Source: Camelus ferus
Taxonomy: Eukaryota
Direction of reading: 5' to 3'
NCBI RefSeq assembly: GCF_009834535.1
Contig: NC_045697.1
Coordinates: 96,970,001-97,034,000, forward strand
DNA length: 64,000 nucleotides
The position numbers and the translations under genes are program-made. How positions within the stretch are numbered: position 1 is the first letter of the stretch; each line of letters begins with the position of its first letter. Below the pieces are notes generated by a model. That model was not told where the DNA came from and made no database searches. It saw nothing but the letters and a program-made list of their open reading frames with translations. Below are positions 63,295 through 64,000 of the stretch, one piece after another.

Positions 63295-64000
63295 GGGGGG
63301 AGGTGCCAAGATGGCAGAGTAGAGAGACTCACAACTCACCCTCTCCCACAAATACAAGAAGAATTAAATCTACAAACCCACTGAATTGCACAGAATACCT
63401 ACTGAACTCTGGCAGAATGTTCCTCGCTTCAAAATACAGGAAGATTCTCACAAAATACAGTAAGAGAAAAAAGAAAATACTGGTGCAGTACTGGTCTTGC
63501 AAGGAGGGAGCAGCATAGGAAGAAAGGCACCCTCACCATGGGACGCCCTCTCTCCAGCCGGAGGTCAGCAGGGACAGAAGCAGAGCTTCTGAGGCTTGGA
63601 GGAGAAAGTGGCAGCCACTTGGCAGACAGAACTAAGGGAAATTGACATGGAGGGTCCCTGAAATCCTCAGTTCTAGATGCAAGCCAGCAGGGACAAGCTG
63701 GGTTTGGCTGCTGGATTATCAGTGAGGAGGCTGGGGCCCACTGCACAGAGGCAACCTCAGGGGACTGGAGAGCAGTGTAAGATCTGGCTGCGGGTGTGTG
63801 CAGAGCAGAACAACCTGGGACCCCCATAAAAAGCAACACTGCTGGTGTGTAGAGGGGAAGGATGCAACATAGCCGTGCCATAGCCGCTTTCTCCTCTTGG
63901 CTCCATTGTTGGTGTGTTCTCACAAGGGAGAGGTGGGGCTTGGTCACAAACATCACTGCTGTGTGGAGGCAGAACTGAAAAGCTGAATCCATATCCAGTG
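63295..64000 (+). mobile_element. 5' UTR of a younger L1, running off the window
   Basis: Begins GGGGGGAGGTGCCAAGATGGCAGAGTAG, the L1 5' terminus pattern; abrupt rise in GC; TTT/AAAA endonuclease site just upstream. Confidence 0.85.
63306..63315 (+). promoter_or_regulatory. YY1-type motif of the L1 internal promoter
   Basis: CCAAGATGGC 11 nt from the L1 5' end, the usual position of the YY1 site in mammalian L1 promoters. Confidence 0.7.

Noticed and set aside
63429..63992. 187-aa minus-strand ORF
   Set aside because: It lies antisense in a GC-rich L1 5' UTR where stops are scarce, and has no recognisable domain. An analogy with primate L1 ORF0 cannot be supported from sequence alone.
1..64000. 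CRISPR arrays, operons, rRNA/snRNA genes, NUMTs, CpG-island promoter
   Set aside because: None seen. The sequence is repeat-rich mammalian DNA with no regularly spaced repeat-spacer structure or CpG island. L1 orientation is mixed, so it gives no clear hint of a host transcription direction.

Overview
Mammalian nuclear DNA, AT-rich and strongly CpG-depleted. It is almost certainly camelid (alpaca, llama or camel), because it carries a tRNA-derived SINE matching the camelid Vic-1 family at 10830-11000. By eye, over half of the window is decayed interspersed repeat: L1 of several ages on both strands, L2, L3/CR1, MIR, ERVL/MaLR LTRs and one MER58-type DNA transposon. It also holds a 560-bp purine-rich compound microsatellite. 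I recognise no intact protein-coding or RNA gene; the longer ORFs in the track are L1 remnants or low-complexity artefacts. The most interesting unexplained element is a ~360-bp insert at 60275-60634 with retroposition hallmarks: 26-bp flanking direct repeats, AATAAA, an A-rich tail, and an ~80-codon frame with one stop that ends in a polybasic CaaX-like motif. I cannot identify its source. Also notable are a 5'-inverted (twin-primed) L1 with a perfect 15-bp TSD, an out-of-order tail-less L1 ORF2 fragment, the 5' end of a probably full-length L1 at the window edge, and low-confidence candidate exons on both strands. Repeat subfamily names come from remembered consensus sequences, and boundaries are approximate unless a TSD is given. 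I found no solid evidence for a new biological system.
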